The notes under the pieces were generated by a model. The model saw only the letters and a list, made by a program, of their open reading frames with translations. It was not told the origin of the DNA and searched no databases. A stretch of 64,000 nt of DNA from the NCBI RefSeq assembly GCF_036588685.1, contig NC_086375.1, forward strand, positions 5,022,001 to 5,086,000. The letters run 5' to 3'. Source of the DNA: Mytilus trossulus (Eukaryota). Below are positions 26,781-40,470 of this stretch, in pieces (position 1 is the first letter of the stretch; the number at the start of each line of letters is the position of its first letter). The position numbers and the translations under genes are program-made.

Positions 26781-26996
26781 CCGTATAGCGGGTTATTTTC
26801 GCGGGGTGTAAATTTTCGCTTATTTTCGCGGATAAAACAAAATCGACAAGATAAATTCCGCCAATTTAAAAGTGTACATGCAAAGGTATGTTAAAAATGT
26901 TGAATCCGCCAAAATAATAACCGCCAAAATTTTTCGTATACCTTATTCAATGAAAATCGCGAAATTTTACACCCGCGAAAATAACCCGCTATACGG
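26781..26996. mobile_element. Tc1/mariner-type MITE (CCGTA termini, TA TSD)
   Basis: TIR ccgtatagcgggttattttcgcggg / cccgcgaaaataacccgctatacgg flanked by TA. Confidence 0.85.
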
Positions 26997-27094
26997 TATG
27001 CAAAAAAAAGATATGAAGCAGTTATAATGAAGTACCGGTATATCATTTGAGCCGACGAGGGTTTGTTTTAGTCGAGGGTAGGAGGATAGGGTTA

Positions 27095-29060
27095 TTTTAA
27101 TGTGAAGTCTGAGCGCACGGGAGAGTCATATTTTGTATCACTGTGAGGTTTGAGCGCTTGGACATGTACAGTCATGTATGGTCTTATTGTGATGTTTAAG
27201 CGCTTGGGGGTCATATTAGATCTTACTGTGAGGGTTGAGCGCTTGGAGGATCATGTTTGGTCTCATTGTGATGTTTAAGCGCTTGGTGGGTCATATTTGA
27301 TCTGACTGTGATGTTTGAGCGACTGGGAGAGTCGTGTTTGATCGTGTTTGATCTTACTGTGAGGTTTGTGCGCTTTGGATGGTCGTGTGTAATCTTACTG
27401 TGATGTTTAAGCGCTTGGAGGGGTCATGTTTGATCTTACTGTGAGGTTTGAGCGCTTGGGAGGGTCGTGTTTGATATTACTGTGAGGTTTGAGCGCTTGG
27501 ACGGTCATGTTGGTCTTATTGTGATGTTGGAGCGATTGGGAGGGTCATGTCTGATCTTACTGGGAGGTTTGAGCGACTGGGAGGGTCATGTTTGATCTTA
27601 TTGTGAGGTTTGAGCGCTTGTGAGGATCGTGTTTTATCTTACTGTGAGGTTTGAGCGCTTGGAGGGTCATGCTTAATCTCATTGTGATGTTGGAGCGATT
27701 GGGAGGGTCATAGATATAGGAAGATGTGGTGTGAGTGCCAACTCTCCATCCATGTTTGATCTTACTGTGAGGTTTGAGCGCTTGGGAGGGTCATGCTTGA
27801 TCTTATGGTGATATTGGAGCGATTGGGAGGGTCATGTCTGATCTTACTGTGAGGTTTGAGCGCTTGGGAGGGTCATGCTTGATCTTACTGTGAGGTTTGA
27901 GCGCTTGGGAGGGTCATGCTTGATCTTATTGTGATATTGGAGCGATTGGGAGGGTCATGTCTGATCTTACTGTGAGGTTTGAGCGCTTGGGAGGGTCATG
28001 TCTGATCTTATTGTGATATTGGAGCAATTGGGAGGGTCATGTTTGATCTCATTGTGATATTGAAGAGATTGGGAGGGTCATGATTGATCTTATTGTGATA
28101 GTGGAGCGATTGGGAGGGTCATGTTTGATCTTATTGTGATATTGGAGCGATTGGGAGGGTCATGATTGATCTTATTGTGATATTGAAGAGATTGGGAGGG
28201 TCATGATTGATCTTATTGTGATATTGGAGCGATTGGGAGGGTCATGTTTGATCTTATTGTGATATTGAAGAGATTGGGAGGGTCATGTCTGATCTGACTG
28301 TGATGTTTGAGCGCTTGGGAGGGTCATGTTTGATCTTATTGTGATATTGGAGCGATTGGGAGGGTCATGATTGATCTTATTGTGATATTGAAGAGATTGG
28401 GAGGGTCATGATTGATCTTATTGTGATATTGGAGCGATTGGGAGGGTCATGTTTGATCTTATTGTGATATTGAAGAGATTGGGAGGGTCATGTTTGATCT
28501 TATTGTGATATTGGAGCGATTGGGAGGGTCATGTTTGATCTTATTGTGATATTGAAGAGATTGGGAGGGTCATGATTGATCTTATTGTGATATTGGAGCG
28601 ATTGGGAGGGTCATGTTTGATCTTATTGTGATATTGGAGCGATTGGGAGGGTCATGTTTGATCTTATTGTGATATTGAAGAGATTGGGAGGGTCATGATT
28701 GATCTTATTGTGATAGTGGAGCGATTGTGAGGGTCATGTTTGATCTGACTGTGAGGTTTGAGCGATTGGGAGGGTCATGCTTGATCTTATTGTGAGGTAT
28801 ATATGAGCGCTTGGAAAGTCATATTTGGTCTCACTGTGAGGTTTGAGCGTTTGGAGAGTCATGTTTAGTCTTACTGTGAAGTATGAGCGCCTGCAGGGTC
28901 ATTTTCTATAACAGTGAGGTTGTGCGCTTGAACCCACCTGTTTGATCTTACTGTAACGTTTGTGCATATGGAGAAACAGTCATAATTTTTCTGAAGGGTA
29001 TGAGCTCTCTAGGAATTAGTTTGATATTACTGTGAGGTATGTGCATTTAGTGTGATTGGT
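27095..29060. repeat. Satellite array, 41-bp unit
   Basis: tgtgaggtttgagcgcttgggagggtcatgtttgatcttac and variant tgtgatattggagcgattgggagggtcatgtttgatcttat. Confidence 0.95.
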
Positions 29061-30303
29061 TTGGCTTATTATGAGTTACTAGTATGGTTTTATTGGAGGG
29101 GTGATTGTGATATCACTGTATACGGTATGCTCGCCTGGCGGGATCAGTTGGATATTTCTGTGACGCATGCATCTTGAAGAGACCATTTAGATCTTATTTT
29201 GAGGTATTTCTGCTTGAGCTTTTTTTTCTTTTTTTTTTATCTTGCTATGATGTATGTGTGCTTTGATGGGATATTTCTATCTTACTTGAAGGTACGTGCG
29301 TTTGGAGTGGTCAGTTCGATATTCGATGAGTTATGCGTGCTGATCCGTGTTATTGTGAATTATATTTACTTGGATAGTTCAGTTTTTGCTTACTGTTAAG
29401 TATATGTGTACATGGATAGATGATTTTGATCTTACTGTAATATGAGGAGATTTAGAGAACATTGCGCATGTGCATAATAATATTAATTTTGTCATTTTGA
29501 ATTGCAAGTATGACATGTACTATATATGACACATATACCATACTTTTGAATTTGATGATAAGTTACATGTTTCCCTAAAATGACTGATTGCTAGTTGCTT
29601 GCTATTAACGTCTATACGAAACATTCTAGTTATTAAAATAGAAAAGCTATTGAGAGCCGATATGATGTTTCTGCTGAATATGAAGTATAGTATTTTTTGT
29701 AAATCGGTCACAAATGATACAAAGAAAAACTCGAAAAGTGCGTATTCCCCCAACCGTTAAAGATACTTGAAAAAACATTACAACAAAAACCGCAGAGTTG
29801 AGGTTTTCACATTAGCTTTCTTTTTTTATAAGAAAATCGATATCAAATGTTTATTTTAAAGGTCAACTAAGGACGAATATTGAATTATGCTTTGAGTAGG
29901 AGATTTAATGGTGTAGTTTTGCTAAAAGTAAAATGATTCGTTCTTCTCATAATGTTTAATGGTGAATGTTACATCTAAATACCAGACAAACAAACGTCCT
30001 TTATTACTCTATAAGTCAATACATAATTAATACATTTCATTACAAATTGCATCGGACTGTGTTATTACTCATTATAATTAGAATTATTCAACACTAAAAG
30101 GGATAGGTACACAAAGATCTCCTGCAATAAGTGAAAACAATATATAACAATGCAGAAACTTAGTTACACAGAAACATAATATTCAGTTCACGGAACAAAA
30201 CTACCAGAACGAAATTGTGTGTTATGAAAATATAAGGCATTGATTATTCATCTTGTATGGCGGGAATTGTTTTCCCCCTTTTTCTGACTTCGATCAAAAA
30301 GAT

Positions 30304-30630
30304 ATTGAAGGCCGTACATTGACCTATAATGGTTTACTTTTTTTTAAATTGTTATTTGAATGGAGAGTTGTCTCATTGGCACTCACACCACATCTTCCTA
30401 TATCTATTTTAAATAACGTACAGGAACCCATTATTTTAAAACCCAATCTTAAAATCTTTACAAAAATATCAGAAAATGTGGTATGAGTGACAATAAGAAA
30501 ACTCTCCATCTAAGTCACAATTTGTAAAAGTATACCAGTATAGGTAAAAGCACAGTGTTCAACACGGAGCCTTGGCTTACACCGAACATCAGGCTACAAA
30601 GGGCCCAACAAATTAGTAGTGTAAAACTAG
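30304..30630. mobile_element. Two opposed fragments of dispersed repeat family B (30304-30407 and 30472-30630)
   Basis: Match 52332-52496 in opposite orientations. Confidence 0.75.
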
Positions 30631-31230
30631 TTGACAAGTCAGATCAAGATGCAATTGAATAATTGTTTTCAAAAGTTCAAGAAGCCACCATAAAATGCTT
30701 GCACAAAGACCACCAGCTGTAACTTACAAAGAACACCATAAAAATCACATAAAATATTCAAAATAAAAAATGAGCATAAAAATACCTGCTCACACAATTT
30801 AGCCTTTATTTCACGGTTATATCAAAGTCATAGATGACAGATTATGAAGTTTAATCATGTATGGATAGTCTGGACAAAATATAATGATATTTAAAAGACA
30901 CTAATTTGCATAATTCTCTTTATTACTGTGTCACTTTAGTAAAAGGCGCGTGTCTTTTATTATGTTGTATTTAGTAGACCACGAGCCGTGAAATAAAATC
31001 AGATAAGAAATGAATCCTTGTAAAATTTGTCGATTATTTTGAAAACATTTGATATTTTTCTTGTTACAAATATAAACGGTCAATTGAGTAAATAATCGAT
31101 GTTTATTTTAAAAGGTGGCATTAATAATTAATTTTCGTTTATTTCAAGATATTTATAAAAAAAACCACCCGAGAATACTCTTATTGACTGAAACTATATA
31201 TCCACTCCTTATGAAATAGTTACCTTGGTT

Positions 31231-31615
31231 TTATTTCACACGAAGTTCATCATTATTAAAACTCAATGAATCTTCACCATCAGACACAATATTGTATGTT
31301 CATTCTTGTGTTCTGGTGTTATAATAACTGTGAGTGATATTTCTGAACCTTTAAAAAACATTATAAGGCACCGACCATACATTATCTGTTCTTTGGATAA
31401 GGGGGAGGTGCATGTGTTTTCTTATTTCACACGAAAGTAATTTTAAAACTTAATAAATCGTCACCAGCAGATTCATGATTGTGTGTTCATTCTTGTGTTC
31501 TGGGGTTATAATAACTGTGAGTGATATTTCTGAACCTTTAAAAAACATTATAAAGCACCGACCATACATTATCTGTTCTTTGGAAAAGGGGGGGGGGGGT
31601 ATGTGTTTCTTATTT
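31231..31615. repeat. Tandem duplication, ~190-bp unit x2
   Basis: ttatttcacacgaa...ccgaccatacattatctgttctttgga repeated. Confidence 0.85.
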
Positions 31616-31659
31616 AATGAATTTTGAATTCAAGTTTGCGGCTACAAATACATTACGGT

Positions 31660-31859
31660 AAAATTGAGAAAGGAAATGGTAAATTTGTCAAAGCGACAAC
31701 CACCCCACCATAGAGCAGAAAACAGCCGAAGGCAACCAATGGGTCTTCAGTGTAGCGAGAATTCCCGCACCCGTAGGTGTCCTTCAGCTGGCCCCTAAAA
31801 ATATGCATAATATAGTACAGTGATAATGGACGTCATACTAAACTCCGAATTATACACAG
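31660..31859 (-). mobile_element. Family A 3' tail
   Basis: Near-identical to 17743-17942. Confidence 0.8.
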
Positions 31860-31964
31860 GTATCTGAAAGCGAGTGAAACATTATATGTTTTTGTTTTAT
31901 TTTATCTGTTTTTTATAAAGTTCTTGTTCGTGTATGTTATAAAAAATGTTGTTCATTAAAGTTG

Positions 31965-32250
31965 AAACAAGAATGTGTCTCCCAGTACACGGATGCCCCT
32001 ATCGCACTATCATTTTCTATATTCAGTGGACCGTATAATTGGGATAAAAACTCTAATTTGCCATTAAAATTAGAAAAAATCATATTAGAGGAACATGTGT
32101 ACTTAGTTTCAAGTTGTTTGAACTTCAACTTCATCAAAAACTTCCTTGACCAAAAACTTTTACACGAAGCGGAACAGACGGACGGACTGGCGAACGGACG
32201 CACAGGTCAGAAAACATGATGACCCATAACTGTCGTTGGTTGGGCATAAA
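31965..32250 (-). mobile_element. Helentron-associated non-autonomous element (HINE/DINE-1/pearl-like)
   Basis: Reverse complement of 53034-53334 family. Confidence 0.7.
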
Positions 32251-32719
32251 CATGTTTGTGTAGATGAAAGATTAACCCATATCCCCCCAAAAAAAATGAA
32301 TGGTTGGCGTCTGAATGCATGTTACAAATGTACGAAAGCTTCAAGTTTTATATGAAAAATATATTTTTGGTTTTGAAATTCAATAAAAAGTATTCTTATG
32401 TATCTTCGTTCCAAAAAAACAAATGTTCCTTTTTTATTCCGGCTGTCCTTCAATTTAAATCTACTGAAGCAAGAAAAAAGCAAGAAAAAAGTTGTAATAC
32501 TTATATTTTGACACATGTAGTGATATTGACAGCTTGCCCTTCCGAAATAGCTGAGTCCACTCCAGCTATTGATGTGTTCGAAGTGGTTCAATCATTTGTT
32601 TTCTGTAATTTTATTTGATGAACTGCTGTTTGTCTGGTCATCTTTTTTTGGCTTTGATGTTGCTTGTCTGTTTCATTTTGGCCCTGGTAACTGCTGGTGT
32701 TACTCAACTTTTTCATTTT

Positions 32720-35700
32720 CGCGTTGGTGTTGCTCGTCTTTTTCTTTTGGCCTCGGTGTTGCACGTCTGTTTCTTTTGGCCTCGGTGTTGCTCGTCTGTT
32801 TCTTTTGGCCCCGGTGTTGCACGTCTGTTTCTTTTGGCCTCGGTGTTGCACGTCTGTTTCTTTTGGCCTTGGTGTTACACGTCTGTTTCTTTTGGCCTCG
32901 GTGTTACACGTCTGTTTCTTTTGGCCTTGGTGTTACACGTCTGTTTCTTTTGGCCTCGGTGTTGCACGTCTGTTTCTTTTGGCCTCGGTGTTACACGTCT
33001 GTTTCTTTTGGCCTCGGTGTTGCACGTCTGTTTCTTTTGGCCTTGGTGTTACACGTCTGTTTCTTTTGGCCTCGGTGTTACACGTCTGTTTCTTTTGGCC
33101 TTGGTGTTACACGTCTGTTTCTTTTGGCCTCGGAATTGCACGTCTGTTTCTTTTGGCCTCGGTGTTACACGTCTGTTTCTTTTGGCCTCGGTGTTGCACG
33201 TCTGTTTCTTTTGGCCTTGGTGTTACACGTCTGTTTCTTTTGGCCTCGGTGTTACACGTCTGTTTCTTTTGGCCTCGGTGTTGCACGTCTGTTTCTTTTG
33301 GCCTCGGTGTTGCACGTCTGTTTCTTTTGGCCTTGGTGATGCACGTCTGTTTCTTTTGACCTCGGTGTTGCACGTCTGTTTCTTTTGGCCTTGGTGTTGC
33401 ACGTCTGTTTCTTTTGGCCTCGGTGTTGCACGTCTGTTTCTTTTGGCCTTGGTGATGCACGTCTGTTTCTTTTGGCCTCGGTGTTGCACGTCTGTTTCTT
33501 TTGGCCTCGGTGTTGCTCGTCTTTTTCTTTTGGCCTCGGTGTTGCACGTCTTTTTCTTCTGGCATTGGTGTTGCACGTCTGTTTCTTTTGGCTTTGGTGT
33601 TGCACGTTTGTTTCTTTTTGCCTCGGTGTTGCACGTCTGTTTCTTTTGGCCTTGGTGTTACACGTCTGTTTCTTTTGGCCTCGGTGTTACACGTCTGTTT
33701 CTTTTGGCCTCGGTGTTGCACGTCTGTTTCTTTTGGCCTCGGTGATGCACGTCTGTTTCTTTTGGCCTCGGTGTTGCACGTCTGTTTCTTTTGGCCTCGG
33801 TGTTGCACGTCTGTTTCTTTTGGCCTCGGTGTTGCACGTCTGTTTCTTGTGGCCTCGGTGTTGCACGTCTGTTTCTTTTGGCCTTGGTGATGCACGTCTG
33901 TTTCTTTTGGCCTCGGTGTTGCACGTCTGTTTCTTTTGGCCTCGGCGTTGCTCGTCTTTTTCTTCTGGCATTGGTGTTGCACGTCTGTTTCTTTTGGCTT
34001 TGGTGTTGCACGTTTGTTTCTTTTTGCCTCGGTGTTGCTCGTCTGTTTCTTTTGGCCTCGGTGTTGCACGTCTGTTTCTTTTGGCCTCGGTGATGCTCGT
34101 CTGTTTCTTTTGGCCTCGGTGTTGCACGTCTGTTTCTTTTGGCCTCGGTGTTGCACGTCTGTTTCTTTTTGCCTCGGTGTTGCTCGTCTGTTTCTTTTGG
34201 CCTCGGTGTTGCACGTCTGTTTCTTTTGGCCTCGGTGTTGCACGTCTGTTTCTTTTGGCCTCGGTGTTGCTCGTCTTTTTCTTCTGGCATTGGTGTTGCA
34301 CGTCTGTTTCTTTTGGCTTTGGTGTTGCACGTCTTTTTCTTCTGGCATTGGTGTTGTACGTCTGTTTCTTTTGGCCTTGGTGTTGCTCGTCTTTTTCTTC
34401 TGGCATTGGTGTTGCACGTCTGTTTCTTTTGGCCTTGGTGTTACACGTCTGTTTCTTTTGGCCTTGGTGTTGCACGTCTGTTTCTTTTGACCTTGGTGTT
34501 GCACGTCTGTTTCTTTTGGCCTCGGTGTTGCACGTCTGTTTCTTTTAGTCTAGGTGTTGCACGTCTGTTTCTTTAGGCCTCGGTGTTGCACGTCTGTTTC
34601 TTTTGGCCTTGGTGATGCACGTCTGTTTCTTTTGGACTCGGTGTTACACGTCTTTTTCTTTTGGCCTCGGTGTTGCACGTCTCTTTCTTTTGACCTTGGT
34701 GTTGCACGTCTGTTTCTTTTGGCCTCGGTGTTGCACGTCTGTTTCTTTTGGCCTCGGTGATGCACGTCTGTTTCTTTTGGCCTCGGTGATGCACGTCTAT
34801 TTCTTTTGGCCTCGGTGATGCACGTATGTTCCTTTTGGCCTCGGTGTTACACGTCTGTTTCTTTTGGCCTCGGTGATGCACGTCTATTTCTTTTGGCCTC
34901 GGTGATGCACGTCTGTTTCTTTTGGCCTCGGTGTTACACGTCTGTTTCTTTTGGCCTCGGTGTTACACGTCTGTTTCTTTTGGCCTCGGTGATGCACGTC
35001 TGTTTCTTTTGGCCTCGGTAATGCACGTCTATTTCTTTTGGCCTCGGTGATGCACGTCTGTTTCTTTTGGCCTCGGTGTTACACGTCTGTTTCTTTTGGC
35101 CTTGGTGTTACACGTCTGTTTCTTTTGGCCTCGGTGATGCACGTCTGTTTCTTTTGGCCTCGGTGTTACACGTCTGTTTCTTTTGGCCTCGGTGTTACAC
35201 GTCTGTTTCTTTTGGCCTTGGTGTTACACGTCTGTTTCTTTTGGCCTCGGTGTTGCACGTCTGTTTCTTTTGGCCTTGGTGTTGCACGTCTGTTTCTTTT
35301 GGCCTCGGTGATGCACGTCTATTTCTTTTGGCCTCGGTGTTACACGTCTGTTTCTTTAGGCCTCGGTGTTGCACGTCTGTTTCTTTTGGCCTTGGTGTTG
35401 CACGTCTGTTTCTTTTGGCCTCGGTGTTACACGTCTGTTTCTTTTGGCCTCTGTGTTGCACGTCTGTTTCTTTTGGCCTCGGTGTTACACGTCTGTTTCT
35501 TTTGGCCTCGGTGTTACACGTCTGTTTCTTTTGGCCTCTGTGTTGCACGTCTGTTTCTTTTGGCCTCGGTGTTACACGTCTGTTTCTTTTGGCCTCGGTG
35601 TTACACGTCTGTTTCTTTTGGCCTCGGTGATGCACGTCTGTTTCTTTTGGCCTTGGTGTTACACGTCTATTTCTTTTGACCTCGGTGTTGCACGTCTGTT

Positions 35701-38700
35701 TCTTTTGGCCTCGGTGATGCACGTCTGTTTCTTTTTGCCTTGGTGTTGCACGTCTGTTTCTTTTGGCCTCGGTGTTGCACGTCTGTTTCTTTTGGCCTTG
35801 GTGTTACACGTCTGTTTCTTTTGGCCTCGGTGATGCACGTCTGTTTCTTTTGGCCTTGGTGTTGCTCGTCTTTTTCTTTTGGCCTCGTTGTTGCACGTCT
35901 GTTTCTTTTGGCCTTGGTGTTGCACGTCTGTTTCTTTTAGTCTAGGTGTTGCACGTCTGTTTCTTTAGGCCTCGGTGTTACACGTCTGTTTCTTTTGGCC
36001 TCGGTGTTACACGTCTGTTTCTTTTGGCCTTGGTGTTGCTCGTCTTTTTCTTTTGGCCTCGGTGTTGCACGTCTGTTTCTTTTGGCCTTGGTGTTACACG
36101 TCTGTTTCTTTTGGCCTCGGTGATGCACGTCTGTTTCTTTTGGCCTCGGTGTTGCACGTCTGTTTCTTTTGGCCTCGGTGTTGCACGTCTGTTTCTTTTG
36201 GCCTCGGTGATGCACGTCTGTTTCTTTTGGCCTCGGTGTTACACGTCTGTTTCTTTTGGCCTCGGTGTTACACGTCTGTTTCTTTTGGCCTCTGTGTTGC
36301 ACGTCTGTTTCTTTTGGCCTCGGTGTTACACGTCTGTTTCTTTTGGCCTCGGTGTTACACGTCTGTTTCTTTTGGCCTCGGTGATGCACGTCTGTTTCTT
36401 TTGGCCTTGGTGTTACACGTCTATTTCTTTTGGCCTCGGTGTTGCACGTCTGTTTCTTTTGGCCTCGGTGATGCACGTCTGTTTCTTTTTGCCTTGGTGT
36501 TGCACGTCTGTTTCTTTTGGCCTCGGTGTTGCACGTCTGTTTCTTTTGGCCTTGGTGTTACACGTCTGTTTCTTTTGGCCTCGGTGATGCACGTCTGTTT
36601 CTTTTGGCCTTGGTGTTGCTCGTCTTTTTCTTTTGGCCTCGGTGTTGCACGTCTGTTTCTTTTGGCCTTGGTGTTGCACGTCTGTTTCTTTTAGTCTAGG
36701 TGTTGCACGTCTGTTTCTTTAGGCCTCGGTGTTACACGTCTGTTTCTTTTGGCCTCGGTGTTACACGTCTGTTTCTTTTGGCCTTGGTGTTGCTCGTCTT
36801 TTTCTTTTGGCCTCGGTGTTGCACGTCTGTTTCTTTTGGCCTTGGTGTTACACGTCTGTTTCTTTTGGCCTCGGTGATGCACGTCTGTTTCTTTTGGCCT
36901 CGGTGTTGCACGTCTGTTTCTTTTGGCCTCGGTGATGCACGTCTGTTTCTTTTGGCCTCGGTGTTGCACGTCTGTTTCTTTTGGCCTCGGTGTTACACGT
37001 CTGTTTCTTTTGGCCTCGGTGTTGCACGTCTGTTTCTTTTGGCCTCGGTGTTACACGTCTGTTTCTTTTGGCCTCGGTGATGCACGTCTGTTTCTTTTGG
37101 CCTCGGTGATGCACGTCTGTTTCTTTTGGCCTAGGTGATGCACGTCTGTTTCTTTTGGCCTCGGTGATGCACGTCTGTTTCTTTTGGCCTCGGTGTTGCA
37201 CGTCTGTTTCTTTTGGCCTCGGTGTTGCTCGTCTGTTTCTTTTGGCTTTGGTGTTGCACGTTTGTTTCTTTTGGCCTTGGTGATGCACGTCTGTTTCTTT
37301 TGGCCTCGGTGTTGCACGTCTGTTTCTTTTGGCCTCGATGTTGCACGTCTGTTTCTTTTGGCCTCGAGGTTACACGTCTGTTTCTTTTGGCCTCGGTGTT
37401 GCACGTCTGTTTCTTTTGGCCTCGGTGTTACACGTCTGTTTCTTTTGGCCTCGGTGATGCACGTCTGTTTCTTTTGGCCTCGGTGTTACACGTCTGTTTC
37501 TTTTGGCCTCGGTGATGCACGTCTGTTTCTTTTGGCCTCGGTGATGCACGTCTGTTTCTTTTGGCCTCGGTGATGCACGTCTGTTTCTTTTGGCCTCGGT
37601 GATGCACGTCTGTTTCTTTTGGCCTCGGTGATGCACGTCTGTTTCTTTTGGCCTCGGTGATGCACGTCTGTTTCTTTTGGCCTCGGTGATGCACGTCTGT
37701 TTCTTTTGGCCTCGGTGATGCACGTCTGTTTCTTTTGGCCTCGGTGATGCACGTCTGTTTCTTTTGGCCTAGGTGATGCACGTCTGTTTCTTTTGGCCTC
37801 GGTGTTGAACGTTTATTTCTTTTGGTCTAGGTGATGAACGTTTATTTCTTTTGGTCTAGGTGATGAACGTTTATTTCTTTTGGTCTAGGTGATGAACGTT
37901 TATTTCTTTTGGTCTAGGTGATGAACGTTTATTTCTTTTGGTCTAGGTGATGAACGTCTATTTCTTTTGGCCTTGGTGTTGCACGTCTTTTTCTTTTGGT
38001 CTAGGTGATGAACGTTTATTTCTTTTGGTCTAGGTGATGAACGTTTATTTCTTTTGGTCTAGGTGATGAACGTTTATTTCTTTTGGTCTAGGTGATGAAC
38101 GTCTATTTCTTTTGGCCTTGGTGTTGCACGTCTTTTTCTTTTGGCCTTGGTGTTGCACGTCTGTTTCTTTTGGCCCCGGTGTTACACGTCTGTTTCTTTT
38201 GGTCTAGGTGATGAACGTTTATTTCTTTTGGTCTAGGTGATGAACGTCTATTTCTTTTGGCCTTGGTGTTGCACGTCTTTTTCTTTTGGCCTTGGTGTTG
38301 CACGTCTGTTTCTTTTGGCCCCGGTGTTACACGTCTGTTTCTTTTGGTCTAGGTGATGAACGTTTATTTCTTTTGGTCTAGGTGATGAGCGTCTATTTCT
38401 TTTGGCCTTGGTGTTGCACGTCTTTTTCTTTTGGCCTTGGTGTTGCACGACTGTTTCTTTTGGCCCCTGTGATGCATGTCTGTTTCTTTTGGTCTTGGTA
38501 ATGAACGCCTGTTTCTTTTGGCCCCTGTGATGCATGTCTGTTTCTTTTGGTCTTGGTAATGAACGCCTGTTCCTTTTGGCCCCTGTGATGCATGTCTGTT
38601 TCTTTTGGTCTAGGTCATGAACGCCTGTTTCTTTTGGCCCCTGTGATGCATGTCTGTTTCTTTTGGTCTTGGTAATGAACGCCTGTTTCTTTTGGCCCCT

Positions 38701-39080
38701 GTGTTGCACGTCTGTTTCTTTTGGTCTTGGTAATGAACGCCTGTTTCTTTTGGCCCCTGTGTTGCACGTCTGTTTCTTTTGGTCTTGGTAATGAACGCCT
38801 GTTTCTTTTGGCCCCTGTGTTGCACGTCTGTTTCTTTTGGTCTAGGTCATGAACGTCTATTTATTTTTGCCTTGGTGTTGCATATCTTTGTCTTTGGCCT
38901 AAGTGTTGCTCGTCTGGGTTTTTTTTGTCTTGGTTTTGCTCGTCTTTTTCATTTGGCCTTGGTGTTGCTCGTCTGTGTTGTTTTTGGCCTTTGTGTTGCA
39001 CGTCTGTTTCTTTGAACCTTGGTTATTAACGCATTCTCTTTTTGCCTTGGTGTCGTCGTCTGTTTCTTTTGATCTTGGCG
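32720..39080. repeat. Large satellite array, 29-bp unit, ~220 copies
   Basis: cacgtctgtttcttttggcctcggtgttg with regional variants and degenerate edges. Confidence 0.97.
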
Positions 39081-40039
39081 TTGTAACGTCTTTGTTTTAC
39101 TTATGGTGTTGATTATCCCCTTAGAAGTTTATTGCATTTCACTCTATGCGTACTCGGCGATACCTCTTTACTGTTCAAGGGGAGACAAGTCAAGTCATAT
39201 CCTTTAAGTCGTCATAAATTAAAAAAAAAAAGAAACGTACTTGAAATATTTTTTTTTAATTTGCCATAGTATTTTCGTTTTTTAATTACTTATGGTTTTT
39301 CTTTACCTTTATCGAGATCAAATGAAGTCAGGACAGTTTCCTAAAAGGGAATTAGTCCTCTAATGATCTAGAAAGTTTTTTTACGAATGTTTTTTTAAAA
39401 AATTTAAATACTTGGTATCTGCCATTTCCCTAAACAAGACAATAAGAAAAATGATATTAAGTTATAATTTTTATTATAAAAGATGAAGGTTGTAGAATTG
39501 ATTATGAAAATAGTATAGCGATTAAAGGAAAACATGATATTCAAAGGAGACGAATCTATTTTCTGCAAAGGTCGTCTGGTTCATCAAACTTTGCAACGGA
39601 AAAGAAATTATCTGAAATCTATGAATGAACAAACAATTAAAAGGTTACAAAAGTGGTGTTTGATTAGAAAGAACATTTAAATGGTAAACATTTCAGGGCA
39701 AACAACTATTGGTATAGTTCAAGTATAATGCTCTTGAACTGTTAAATAGGATATTCAAACAATACATAACAATGAAACATTGAGGTAACTTGAGAAAACT
39801 TATACACGGTACCAGTTTTTTTATAATAATTCAACATAAGACCAAATTGTTATGTCATATTTGGGTGATTGACTATGCTGTAGTATGAATCACTATAGGT
39901 ATTAGTTTGAGCACTGTGGAAGAGCTGAGTTAAAGACTTGTAGACGGGTGTCATTGTCAAAAGTTCATTGCATGGTTGTCAGAATAAGCCAATTTGCTTA
40001 ATTGCCTAACATTTTAATTAATTTAATCTAAACATATTT

Positions 40040-40282
40040 ATCTATTAATAGTGGATTGGGAATCAATTTTTGCAATTTAAAGGGTATCTTTAACGTGCAA
40101 GATATATGGCTCTCTCTTAACACGGGTTATCTATTATCGTCCCCTTCCGACGGACTATCATCGTTTCCTTAAGACCATACTCGCAAATGGTGTCAAAGGA
40201 TAGCCAAAAATGAGTTCCTAAAATTTTCATCCCAAACGGGATCGAACCAGGAACCTTTGTGTTAATAGTCACACTTAACACC
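40040..40282 (-). mobile_element. tRNA-derived SINE with Meta-like central domain
   Basis: Minus strand B-box GGTTCGATCCC, then ccgtcggaaggggacgataa...cttgcacgttaaaga; related fragment 62135-62330. Confidence 0.6.
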
Positions 40283-40470
40283 GATTGCCTTGCAAAAACT
40301 TTAGTGTTTTAAAAGAAATTTTTGAAAGGAGTGTTGACCTATGGTCAGTAAATTATTGTTTCGAATTAATCACTTGATTGCATATACGGTCAAGTAAGAA
40401 AGTAATACATGAAAACATATGATGCAACTTTCTTACTAAAAGGAAAATGTTGAATAACAAATGATATATA

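Noticed and set aside
24455-39080. CRISPR-like arrays
   Set aside because: Monomers are head-to-tail with no unique spacers, no cas genes, eukaryotic context
32569-39112. Dozens of long ORFs (Cys/Phe-rich on +, Lys/Arg-rich protamine-like on -)
   Set aside because: Products of a stop-poor 29-bp satellite read in all frames; unit is not a multiple of 3 and there is no gene structure
40225-40282. tRNA gene
   Set aside because: B-box present but no cloverleaf; it is a SINE head
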